A DNA stretch of 64,000 nt from Spirochaetota bacterium (lineage in GTDB: Bacteria > Spirochaetota > UBA4802 > UB4802), in assembly GCA_029907515.1 (NCBI GenBank), contig JARYLT010000006.1, forward strand, positions 62 to 64,061. Direction: 5' to 3'. Shown here piece after piece: positions 40,354 through 49,400 of this stretch. The notes beneath the pieces were generated by a model that saw only the letters and a list, made by a program, of their open reading frames with translations, ran no database searches and was not told the origin of the DNA. Position 1 is the stretch's first letter; each line of letters starts with the position of its first letter. The translations under genes were made by a program, and so were the position numbers.

Positions 40354-40637
40354 TGAATAAAATCTTCAACATCACTTATGAATAATCTTTTTATCATTAA
40401 AAAATAAGCATCCAGCGTGTGCTTAAATCCCCAGTATAAACTGCTTGCGGTAATAAGCTGTAGCAGTGAATTGCTTGTCCCTGAATAGAAAGGAAGGCTT
40501 TGCTGATCAACTGTATTATAATCATTTCTGAAAAACAGTTTGCCAATAATAACCACTACAACAGCTAATCCAATAAAAATTCCTAACCAGAACAATGGCG
40601 CCCAATGAAGATATTCAACCTGAAGTATATTCATCAC
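40296..40637 (-). CDS. mbhI: Mbh subunit I (small membrane subunit)
   Basis: It is a hydrophobic 113-aa protein at the MbhI position. Confidence 0.55.
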   Translation of the reverse strand: MMNILQVEYLHWAPLFWLGIFIGLAVVVVIIGKLFFRNDYNTVDQQSLPFYSGTSNSLLQLITASSLYWGFKHTLDAYFLMIKRLFISDVEDFIQWFIIIVAGMLLILTGVLW

Positions 40638-40644
40638 TGTATCC

Positions 40645-42186
40645 CTAAAAATTAATTAATGCATTTACCGCTGGTTCAATTATTGCCTTCAGTATACCCT
40701 GCGGATATATACCTATAACTACTATAAAAACAGCCAAAACAAACATACTACACTTGACCAGTACCGGCTGTTCCATTGGTCGTCGGCTTGAAGGCATACC
40801 TAAGAATGCACTGTAAAATACTTTCATAAATGAAGCCAGTGTTAAAATTGAAACAAAGATTGCAATGAGCGTCAATACCGGATTATACTGGAATACAGAT
40901 TCATAGATAATAATTTTTGACACAAAACCATTGAACGGTGGAATCCCTGATATAGCCAGGGCTGCTATCATAAATACAACCGTAGTAAAAACGTCATAAT
41001 GCGCCAACCCATGCATTGCATCTAAATTACGTGTTTTGAAATGCCTTACCATAACGCCCGATGTTAAAAATAGCAATCCCTTATACAATGCGTTGTTAAC
41101 AACATGGAGCAATCCACCAATCATTGCCACTTTTCCAAAAAGAGCAAAGGAAGCGTCACCTGATTTAACTACTGTCAACCCAACACCCATACCAAGAAGC
41201 ATATACCCCACCTGAGAAACTGCATGGAAGGCCATCAAGCGCTTTACATCTTTTTGTACCAGAGCCTGAGTCACACCGACAAACATTGACAATATACCAA
41301 AAACAATAAACAATACACCCAGAGGGTAACTCACATGGGCATGGCTCATCCCAAACGAAAATGATATCCGGAATAAACCATACAGACAAATTAAACTTCC
41401 CAACTTTACCATTGCACTGATTGGCGCAGGCGCTTCTGAATAGGTATCCGGTATCCACATGTGCATGGGTACAACACCTGATTTCATTGCCAGCGGTATA
41501 ATGAGCAGGACAATGGCAATTTTATCCAGCAGCGTTCCCCGTATAGCTTCTTTGAGATAATCAATGTTGAATGAACCATACTGTGCATACAGGAAGGCAA
41601 CTCCCAATAAAAAGAAACTGGTTGCCACAGCGCTAACAAACATATATTTATACCCAGCATAGGGCGGATGCTTTCGTTCAGTCCTGAATGCTACCAGAGC
41701 AGCTGATGAAATTGAAAGGATTTCCAGAAAAACAAAGAAGGTAAACAGGTCATTTGCAACAAGTAACCCCATCATGCCTGCCACCATAGTTATGAATAAC
41801 ACGGTAAAATAATTTTTTCTTTCATTTTCTTCAATATATTGGGTGGAAAATACATAAAAAATTAACACAAGAGTAGTTGTCATTATAATAAAAAAAAGTG
41901 AAAATGGATCTATTTTTAATCCTATGCGTATTGGGAATGTTAATCCATGTTCTGTTAACATTTCTGGATTGGATGATCCAACCATGTAATACAAAATTCT
42001 ACCGTGAACCAGGATATCGCCAGCAATATAATATGATGCTGCCAGTATCATTACCAGAGCTATCACCCCAACAACAGTACGTGCAGTACGATTAACCATG
42101 CCAATCATTGGTATCATGAAAGCAGCAAGAAGTGGGATAGCTACCAGTAATACAGGAACATGTTTAATCATACTCTTCCACTCCAC
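40645..42186 (-). CDS. mbhH: Mbh subunit H (MrpD/NuoL/M/N-like antiporter subunit)
   Basis: It is a 513-aa polytopic protein with the complex-I antiporter-like fold signature (HAVSQVGYMLLGMG region). Confidence 0.8.
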   Translation of the reverse strand: MEWKSMIKHVPVLLVAIPLLAAFMIPMIGMVNRTARTVVGVIALVMILAASYYIAGDILVHGRILYYMVGSSNPEMLTEHGLTFPIRIGLKIDPFSLFFIIMTTTLVLIFYVFSTQYIEENERKNYFTVLFITMVAGMMGLLVANDLFTFFVFLEILSISSAALVAFRTERKHPPYAGYKYMFVSAVATSFFLLGVAFLYAQYGSFNIDYLKEAIRGTLLDKIAIVLLIIPLAMKSGVVPMHMWIPDTYSEAPAPISAMVKLGSLICLYGLFRISFSFGMSHAHVSYPLGVLFIVFGILSMFVGVTQALVQKDVKRLMAFHAVSQVGYMLLGMGVGLTVVKSGDASFALFGKVAMIGGLLHVVNNALYKGLLFLTSGVMVRHFKTRNLDAMHGLAHYDVFTTVVFMIAALAISGIPPFNGFVSKIIIYESVFQYNPVLTLIAIFVSILTLASFMKVFYSAFLGMPSSRRPMEQPVLVKCSMFVLAVFIVVIGIYPQGILKAIIEPAVNALINF

Positions 42187-42523
42187 GCAATTTCCGGGTA
42201 TCCAGAGTATTGTTGTTTCTGTATGTAAGCACAGAAACTCCTAACATGAGTGCAGTGGTAGCAAATCCAATAACTATGTTGGTTAATATTAGCGCCTGAG
42301 GTGTGGGCAATACCATAGTTATAACAGAGTCTAATGGCGCCGGTGTAAATATTGGGGCCATGGCATTTTCACGGTATCCTAAAGCGATAAAAAACAGGTT
42401 TATACCTGAATCCAGGATATTAAATGCCAGTACAATTTTAATAAGATTGCGTTTAAATAACAGTGCTATTATACCTATGGTTAATAACAGAATAAATGTT
42501 ACATAAAGCACGATTGCTGACAT
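42164..42523 (-). CDS. mbhG: Mbh subunit G (MrpC/NuoK-like)
   Basis: It is a 119-aa protein with 3 TM helices, adjacent to the MrpD-like subunit. Confidence 0.65.
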   Translation of the reverse strand: MSAIVLYVTFILLLTIGIIALLFKRNLIKIVLAFNILDSGINLFFIALGYRENAMAPIFTPAPLDSVITMVLPTPQALILTNIVIGFATTALMLGVSVLTYRNNNTLDTRKLRGVEEYD

Positions 42524-42528
42524 AATGA

Positions 42529-43362
42529 TTACCGTAATGAATTAGTATCTTTTACCCCTGATACATGAAATAATGTTACAACGATAAGGCTTAACCCAAA
42601 GAATACCTCAATACCTACAGCCAGTGACAGCAACGGTAATATTCCCGCTGATATTAAATAGCCTTGATTTGGTCCAAAAGCTATAATCCTGCCAAATCCA
42701 GTACTGGTGTGAGCAAGAAAATTATATAAAAACGATATTGTGATACCTGCAAATCCCAATCCAATAAAAATGGTTAATCCCAATGATTCAAAGAACGAGA
42801 AAATTTTACGAGTCCGTTGCATATGGCGGGTAATCAAAAAGCTGATAAGCAAAAGTGCTGTTGCCGAAGCCATAACCGATCCTCCCTGGAAACCTCCTCC
42901 CGGTGAGATATGACCATGAACCACCAGATAAACCCCAAAGCTTAATATCATGATATACATGATAAAAGATCCAAATGTAATAACCCTCGATTCAATTTTT
43001 GGGAATTGACCTGCAGGAGGAACACCTGCTGAAACAATGCTTTTGCTTTTTAAAAATGTAAAGAAGAGCATTGAAATACTGCTTACCACAATAAATAACA
43101 CCGTAGCTTCCCCTAATGTGTCAAATCCCCGGTAATCAAATACCACACTTGCAACAATATTGTTTGACTTTGTTTCAATCTGACCATTGCGCAAAAAGTA
43201 ATCATCCATGGTGCTAACACCATTGATATCAATACCCAGTTCTGGCCTTCCCTGTAACACTTCTGAATTTCCTAAAGCTTCTCCAACAGGATGCAGATGT
43301 AATATTCCAACAAAAAGAAATCCGAATAGTATAACAATAGCTACAACGCTCAATAACCTCAT
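42529..43362 (-). CDS. Mbh subunit E/F (apparently fused MbhE-MbhF, MrpB-like)
   Basis: It is a 277-aa polytopic protein occupying the MbhE plus MbhF position. Confidence 0.55.
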   Translation of the reverse strand: MRLLSVVAIVILFGFLFVGILHLHPVGEALGNSEVLQGRPELGIDINGVSTMDDYFLRNGQIETKSNNIVASVVFDYRGFDTLGEATVLFIVVSSISMLFFTFLKSKSIVSAGVPPAGQFPKIESRVITFGSFIMYIMILSFGVYLVVHGHISPGGGFQGGSVMASATALLLISFLITRHMQRTRKIFSFFESLGLTIFIGLGFAGITISFLYNFLAHTSTGFGRIIAFGPNQGYLISAGILPLLSLAVGIEVFFGLSLIVVTLFHVSGVKDTNSLR

Positions 43363-43601
43363 TCTTCCCTTCTCCGTGTCATTCTGATGGCAATAACAAA
43401 AATACAGGTTGTGAGTGCTGCTCCAATACCAGCTTCTGCAATAGCAACATCAGGTGCATCCAACAGAAAATAGAGCACCGTCAAAACCAGTGAAAAAACC
43501 GAATAGCTTACTATAGCTGCCAGAAGATCTCTAAAATAGATTGAAAGCAATGCTGTGATCACCAGTGCAATTGAAATCACCAGAAAGAAGTAATACATCA
43601 T
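43359..43601 (-). CDS. mbhD: Mbh subunit D (small membrane subunit)
   Basis: It is an 80-aa protein with 2-3 TM helices. Confidence 0.5.
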   Translation of the reverse strand: MMYYFFLVISIALVITALLSIYFRDLLAAIVSYSVFSLVLTVLYFLLDAPDVAIAEAGIGAALTTCIFVIAIRMTRRREE

Positions 43602-44005
43602 AGTACACCATCCTCATCAGGAATTCCTTCGCTTACCTTTTCAAGTTCCAGCTCATCTGCAGTCTTAATCTGGGATTTATAATCAAACTCATTTATAACA
43701 ACACCAAACGGTTTAATGCCCGATAGCAATGATGCTCGTGCTATTGCGTGAGCACTGATTGGATTGGTAAAGATAATAACCAGCAATGCAACAATACTGT
43801 GGATGGCAATGGTAAGACTTGCCTGATCATAATAGATTATATTCTTAATAACTATCGCCAAAACAACAAAGATACTGCCAAACGTGGTTGTTTTTGTGGC
43901 AGCATGCAAACGGGTATATATATCAGGGAACCGCATGAGCCCAATAATGCTCATACCGTTGACAACCAAACCAATAATAAGGCACGATATAATAACAGTA
44001 TCCAC
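43598..44005 (-). CDS. mbhC: Mbh subunit C (MrpG/MnhG-like)
   Basis: It is 135 aa with N-terminal TM helices. Confidence 0.55.
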   Translation of the reverse strand: MDTVIISCLIIGLVVNGMSIIGLMRFPDIYTRLHAATKTTTFGSIFVVLAIVIKNIIYYDQASLTIAIHSIVALLVIIFTNPISAHAIARASLLSGIKPFGVVINEFDYKSQIKTADELELEKVSEGIPDEDGVL

Positions 44006-44275
44006 TTACTTCCTCTCATCTATGAGATAGCGGGCAATATATAATGTCCCGATAAACGAGATAATTCCATATACAATACCAATATCAATGTATAAGGCTT
44101 TTTTTTGAGCTGCGCCCAGCACAATCATGATAACAATAATTAATGTATTAATGGTATCCAGGGCCACTATTCGTTCGGGGACATTATGGCTGAATGCAAT
44201 ACGGATTACAATGATACATACATACACCATGCATAAAAGCGCAGACAACAGGAATATAGAATTAAAATCATACAT
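44006..44275 (-). CDS. mbhB: Mbh subunit B (MrpF/MnhF-like)
   Basis: It is an 89-aa protein with 3 TM helices. Confidence 0.55.
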   Translation of the reverse strand: MYDFNSIFLLSALLCMVYVCIIVIRIAFSHNVPERIVALDTINTLIIVIMIVLGAAQKKALYIDIGIVYGIISFIGTLYIARYLIDERK

Positions 44276-44288
44276 GTGCGTATCCGCT

Positions 44289-44834
44289 TTACCTGAAAAG
44301 CTTTTTTAAAAAATAGTGTAAAAAGCCTGCAACATCCTTTGGGACAGCCGCATAATCTTTGCTCTTATTCCAGTACAAACAATGGATGAATAATTTTCTT
44401 TTTTCAGGATCAGTGCCTATCGTCAGCGTGCCAGGAGACAGGGTAATAGAATTCACCAGTAAATATACCCCCATCTCATCCTGTATTTCAGGGTCAACTT
44501 TTACAATGGCAGGTTTAATTTTCCCGGAAATAATCCGGTACATCACTTCAACATTAGCTATGAGCAGCGCTATGAAAAAAGGCCCTGCGAAATATATTAT
44601 TAACCCAAGATAAAAAAATGGATTTAACAACCTACCTGTAATCTTTATGGGTATAAGCCAGTACGTTACAGATGCCAGTATAATACTGATGACAGTGCCA
44701 AAAATAAACTCTTCATATGACCAGAAAAGAATATCATTTCCTGAACCTATTGTCAGTACAAGGTAGGAATATGCTGCAATCATCGAATAAAACACAATTG
44801 CAAGGAACTTATTTTTTTTATCTTCAGATATCAT
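44289..44834 (-). CDS. mbhA: Mbh subunit A (MrpE/MnhE-like)
   Basis: ITLSPGTLTIG matches the MrpE TLTPGT signature. It is the first gene of the operon. Confidence 0.65.
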   Translation of the reverse strand: MISEDKKNKFLAIVFYSMIAAYSYLVLTIGSGNDILFWSYEEFIFGTVISIILASVTYWLIPIKITGRLLNPFFYLGLIIYFAGPFFIALLIANVEVMYRIISGKIKPAIVKVDPEIQDEMGVYLLVNSITLSPGTLTIGTDPEKRKLFIHCLYWNKSKDYAAVPKDVAGFLHYFLKKLFR

Positions 44835-44916
44835 TGTGAAACTCTGCCATGCAACTATGTGTACCGTATATTACATTTGTTAATAATACAAGCATTTTTC
44901 TGGAATTATTTTACCC

Positions 44917-45279
44917 TTATTCATTATACCCGCAACCCTGATAAGGACTTACATTGTCTTCAGGAGCAAGTTCAACTCCTTCATAATATGGGAAATCTCG
45001 GCACATCCGTGGCCGTATTTCGTAAATACTACATACACCCAGGCCATTGCTATCGCGCGTGAAATGTTTGCAAGAATAATGGTAGGGCAAATCCTCAGAC
45101 TGGTTTTCATAAATAAACGTCAGCATGGGGTAAATAAGATATATCTCTGAAAATTTAGGGTCAACAGAAGGCATTCTCAGCCAGTATTCATATGCTTTCT
45201 TTAGCATTTCAGGCGACTCGGCAAGCCTTACATCATTACAGCATGTCCCGCATCGTTTACATTCCATATGTTGTACCAA
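44917..45279 (-). CDS. YkgJ-family CxxCxxCC cysteine-cluster protein (putative Fe/Zn-chelating domain)
   Basis: CKRCGTCCNDV...CSIYEIRPRMCRDFP are the motifs. It lies immediately upstream of the mbh operon on the same strand. Confidence 0.65.
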   Translation of the reverse strand: MVQHMECKRCGTCCNDVRLAESPEMLKKAYEYWLRMPSVDPKFSEIYLIYPMLTFIYENQSEDLPYHYSCKHFTRDSNGLGVCSIYEIRPRMCRDFPYYEGVELAPEDNVSPYQGCGYNE

Positions 45280-45425
45280 ATCCCGTTATCACTCATGCAG
45301 TGCATAAAAAAAACTTGCATAAATCAGGCTTATTATACGATATAATACAATGATAGCATATTTTATTTTTTATTGCAATTTATTGTATATTTTTAACCAT
45401 TGCCCTAAACTACCTGATACAAAGA

Positions 45426-46439
45426 GTGCTATTTACTAAAGGGATCATGAAAGTAAAGCTAAAAATACTAAAGAGCGATATTGAGCGGCAGCTCAAAGAA
45501 AAATATTATCTGAAAAAGAAACAATGGTCTAAAAAGTGGGATAAATTCCTTGAACATGGCCACGAAAAAATGACCATCATGTTCATTCCTCATAATGAAC
45601 AGAAAATATTTAATTTCCAGATATCTCGTTTCACCATTCTGTTTTTCAGTTCTTTAATGATTATAGTTATCGTTACTTCAGCGTATGCCATAATAAAAAA
45701 TGCTGCTGTTAAACGTGAAGAGGAACGCCTACTGTCAAATTATAAAGATATACGGTCACAGCTTATACGGTTTGAGCAGCTGACAAATGAGCTTGATAAA
45801 GAATTAGATGACATAAAACCTGATATAGAAGACTTATATGAACTGGCTACCAATAACAATAATACCCAGTCAATCTGGGAATCATCCATGATTTCTGTAG
45901 AAGATCCCGCAATGCGTCAGTACTCAGCAATTCTGCCCTCAGAAGTCAAAACATTGCGTGTGTTGCAAAAGGACCTGATCTGTACAACAAATACTGTAAA
46001 AACAATAAAGAATTTCATTGATGTACGCAATAAGGTTATTTATGACACTCCGTCAATAATTCCCAATCCCGGGCACATTACTTCCCTTTTTGGATGGCGC
46101 CGTTCTCCATTTGGCTTTGGAAGGGACTTCCATTCCGGTATTGACATTGCAGCACCACAGGGTACAGAAATTCGAGCGACAGCTCCGGGAGTTGTAGTTT
46201 CATCTTCCTGGGGTGGCGGTTATGGATTTATGGTCAGAATTAAACATAAATATGGCTATGAAACAATCTATGGACACTGTTCCAAAGTAATAGTATTCCC
46301 GGGCCAGAATGTACAGAAAGGGCAGGTTATTGCCTACGTTGGCCAAACCGGTTCCGCAACAGGAAGCCATTGCCACTATGAAATACGATTGGGCGGGGTA
46401 CCAATAAATCCTTACCCGTATATGAGCAAGATGTGGTAA
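45426..46439 (+). CDS. M23-family metallopeptidase (EnvC/LytM-like, N-terminal TM and coiled coil)
   Basis: HSGIDIAAPQGTEIRATAPGVV...GSHCHYEIR are the M23 motifs (HxxxD, HxH). Confidence 0.8.
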   Translation: MLFTKGIMKVKLKILKSDIERQLKEKYYLKKKQWSKKWDKFLEHGHEKMTIMFIPHNEQKIFNFQISRFTILFFSSLMIIVIVTSAYAIIKNAAVKREEERLLSNYKDIRSQLIRFEQLTNELDKELDDIKPDIEDLYELATNNNNTQSIWESSMISVEDPAMRQYSAILPSEVKTLRVLQKDLICTTNTVKTIKNFIDVRNKVIYDTPSIIPNPGHITSLFGWRRSPFGFGRDFHSGIDIAAPQGTEIRATAPGVVVSSSWGGGYGFMVRIKHKYGYETIYGHCSKVIVFPGQNVQKGQVIAYVGQTGSATGSHCHYEIRLGGVPINPYPYMSKMW

Positions 46440-46482
46440 TATATTTATTTCCCTGTGCTATACATCCTTGTAATTATAACAC

Positions 46483-49400
46483 ATGAAATCATTATCCAAT
46501 ATCATTGTTATTGGTTTAGTGCTGTTATCAGCTACTGCTATAGTTATCTCCCAGCAATTATCTCATTCATTTCGCCAGCGCATTGACGATTATATAAATA
46601 CATACAAAATTTCAGAAGGAAAAATACAAACGCAGCCTTCTACTCAACCAACGTTAGAGACCCAAGCACAATCGCCATTTGATTATAATCAGGGAGACTG
46701 GACAAAATACATCATTGAGCCTCATTATAAGTTTGTTGTACCGGGTGCCGAACAGCTAACAGAAGAAGAGCCCTACGATATTCTGTCCTATGGTTCAATG
46801 AATCTCAATGCAACATATGGAAAGTCTTTTTTTACCAGCAATAAGTACAAACGATTTGATGAAGACAAACCTACATCGGCATTAATTCAATCCGGTTTTA
46901 CACCTGAACAAACGATGCAGCTACATATTGAAGGCAAAGCTGGCAAGCGCCTTACCCTATACATTGACCATGATAGCCAGCAGCGAACCAATACCTATAG
47001 TATGCAATACAAGGCTGTTGAGGAGGATGAAGTATTACGTGAAATTAATGCTGGTGATATAACCATTAAAGTTAATAATTCAAAATATGCAGTATATGAC
47101 GACACCACATCCAAAGGCATGGGTATAGATTTTACCATTAAAAAGGGCAATTTACAGGTAAAAGCGTTTGGTTCGGTCGCTAAAGGTGTCAGTGAAGTAG
47201 AACGTTTTAAAGGCAACTATTCCAGTACAAGCATTACATTGCAGGAATATCAGTACACAAAAGCCACCTATTATCAGCTGGAACCGTTCAAACGCTATGA
47301 CAATTTAGATTCTCCCCCATCGAACATGTATACAACCATTACATGGACATCAGCACCTGTTAATCCATCAACCTTCACACCCTATTCTGTGGGTATCGAT
47401 AGTTCTGGTTTTGAACTGTACGCCGATGATGCTATCACACAGAATAAAAGCGGATTGCTGGAACTTCACAGATGGGATAATCCTTCAATTATTTTGGGCT
47501 ATTTCAGAAAATTACAGCAGGGTTCTGATTATACCATAAATTTTTCCACAGGAACTATCGCCCTGCTTAAAGCTTTTAAACCCCAGGCAAAGCTCTTTGC
47601 CGTGTATACCCGCAATGGTGGAACTACGCAAACTTCCGACCCTTCTGCCATTACCAATCATCCACAATTCCCTGGTAAAATATGTGTATTTATAAGATAT
47701 GGTCCACTTATCCATGAAGATGTCAATTATAACGGCTCTCTTGACTTAGATGAAGATACAAACAATGATGGCGTATTAAATATTGATATATACGAAATTC
47801 GCGGGATATATACTACGGGGTTACAAAACATTCGTGCTGAAGATGTTAAGATATCGTTTTTTAGCAATCTTTTCCCCATGTCCAGATCCGACATACAGAA
47901 ATTAGGGAATTTCATTATTGATTATAACACTGGCGCAATTATATTTAAGCTTCGTGAACCATTTAAACAGCTTTTGCCCGCACAATCCCAAAAAATTATC
48001 TACAATGAAGCACAAACACCGGCGTATACCGTATCCCAGTATAAAATTGGCATTGCAGGTTACAGCCAGTCACGAGGCTTTCAGTTGAAACATGTCAATA
48101 TCATCCCTGACACCATACGAGTTAAGATTAATGGCATACAGATTGCTGAAAGCCTGTACAGCGTTGATCCCACATCGGGTTTTTTCCAGTTTACCAATCC
48201 AGGGAATCCCGTAATCACTCCTGAAACTGATATTGAAATAAGCTACCAGTACCTACCCTTTGAAGGACAGGCTCAGCAATTTATTGGAGGCATGCGGGCT
48301 GATTATGCTCTGAATAAAAATATTAATGTTGGTGGAACAATTCTGTATACCACTCAGGGTATAGCATCCACTGTTCCCCTGTTAGGCAATGAACCAACAC
48401 AAACAACTGTTGTAGAGGCCGATAGTTCCGTTGAAGTGAGCCCTCATGATATATCAGCATTTGCCTCAAAAATAGCACAGTCCAATATTTCGATACCGGT
48501 ACTGTTCAAAGGCTATGCAGAGTACGCAAAAAGCTATCACAGCATTAATACCTTTGGCAAAGGATTAATTGATGATTTTGAATCAATTTACTCGGGGCTT
48601 ACAGTATCAATGTCCGAAAAAGACTGGGTACTGGGTTCCCTGCCTGGCAGTGTGTCACAGAATCAACGCGCCCGAATATATTATAAATTTTATCGTGATA
48701 TTAATAACCCTGAAACACTCTATGGATTAAACTTTACTCCCATTGATGTGCCATACTCCAAAAAGCCCGGCCCTTACAATGTTGCTACTGGCCATATAGC
48801 ACCGTCAATCCAGAGCGAGCAGTCGCAGCGTTCTTTAGGTTTAAACTTTGATTTTTCGTCGGGGGATTATATTTCTATTGTTACCCGTACACTATCACAA
48901 AAGCCCTCTGATTTATCTAATTTAGAATATATTGAGATATGGTATAAAAGTACTGGCGGCACAGGAACTGTTAATATGTACCTTGATATTGGTTCCATAA
49001 ATGAAGACAGTGACGGTGATGGTATTCTTGATACCGAGGATAGTAACCGTAATGGATTTTTAGATTATGATACCAACAGGAACATTTCTGAAGATACAGG
49101 ATATACATTTGACAATCCTTTTACAACAGTTGTAGGCTCTGGCCCGGGTCTATCATCTACCACCATTGGTGACGGAGTACTCAATACTGAGGATTTAAAT
49201 GACAATGGCATGCTTGATACCGGCGAACAGTATATACGCATACCCGGATTAACAAACCCAATCGCGGTAGATTGTGCCAATACCACATGGCAAAAAGTCC
49301 GGATATATATAAATAAAAATAACCCGGCTTTGTATACCTCATCGCCAGATGCTTTTGAGGATATATTAAAAAAAATATATGCTATTAGACTGATATTACA

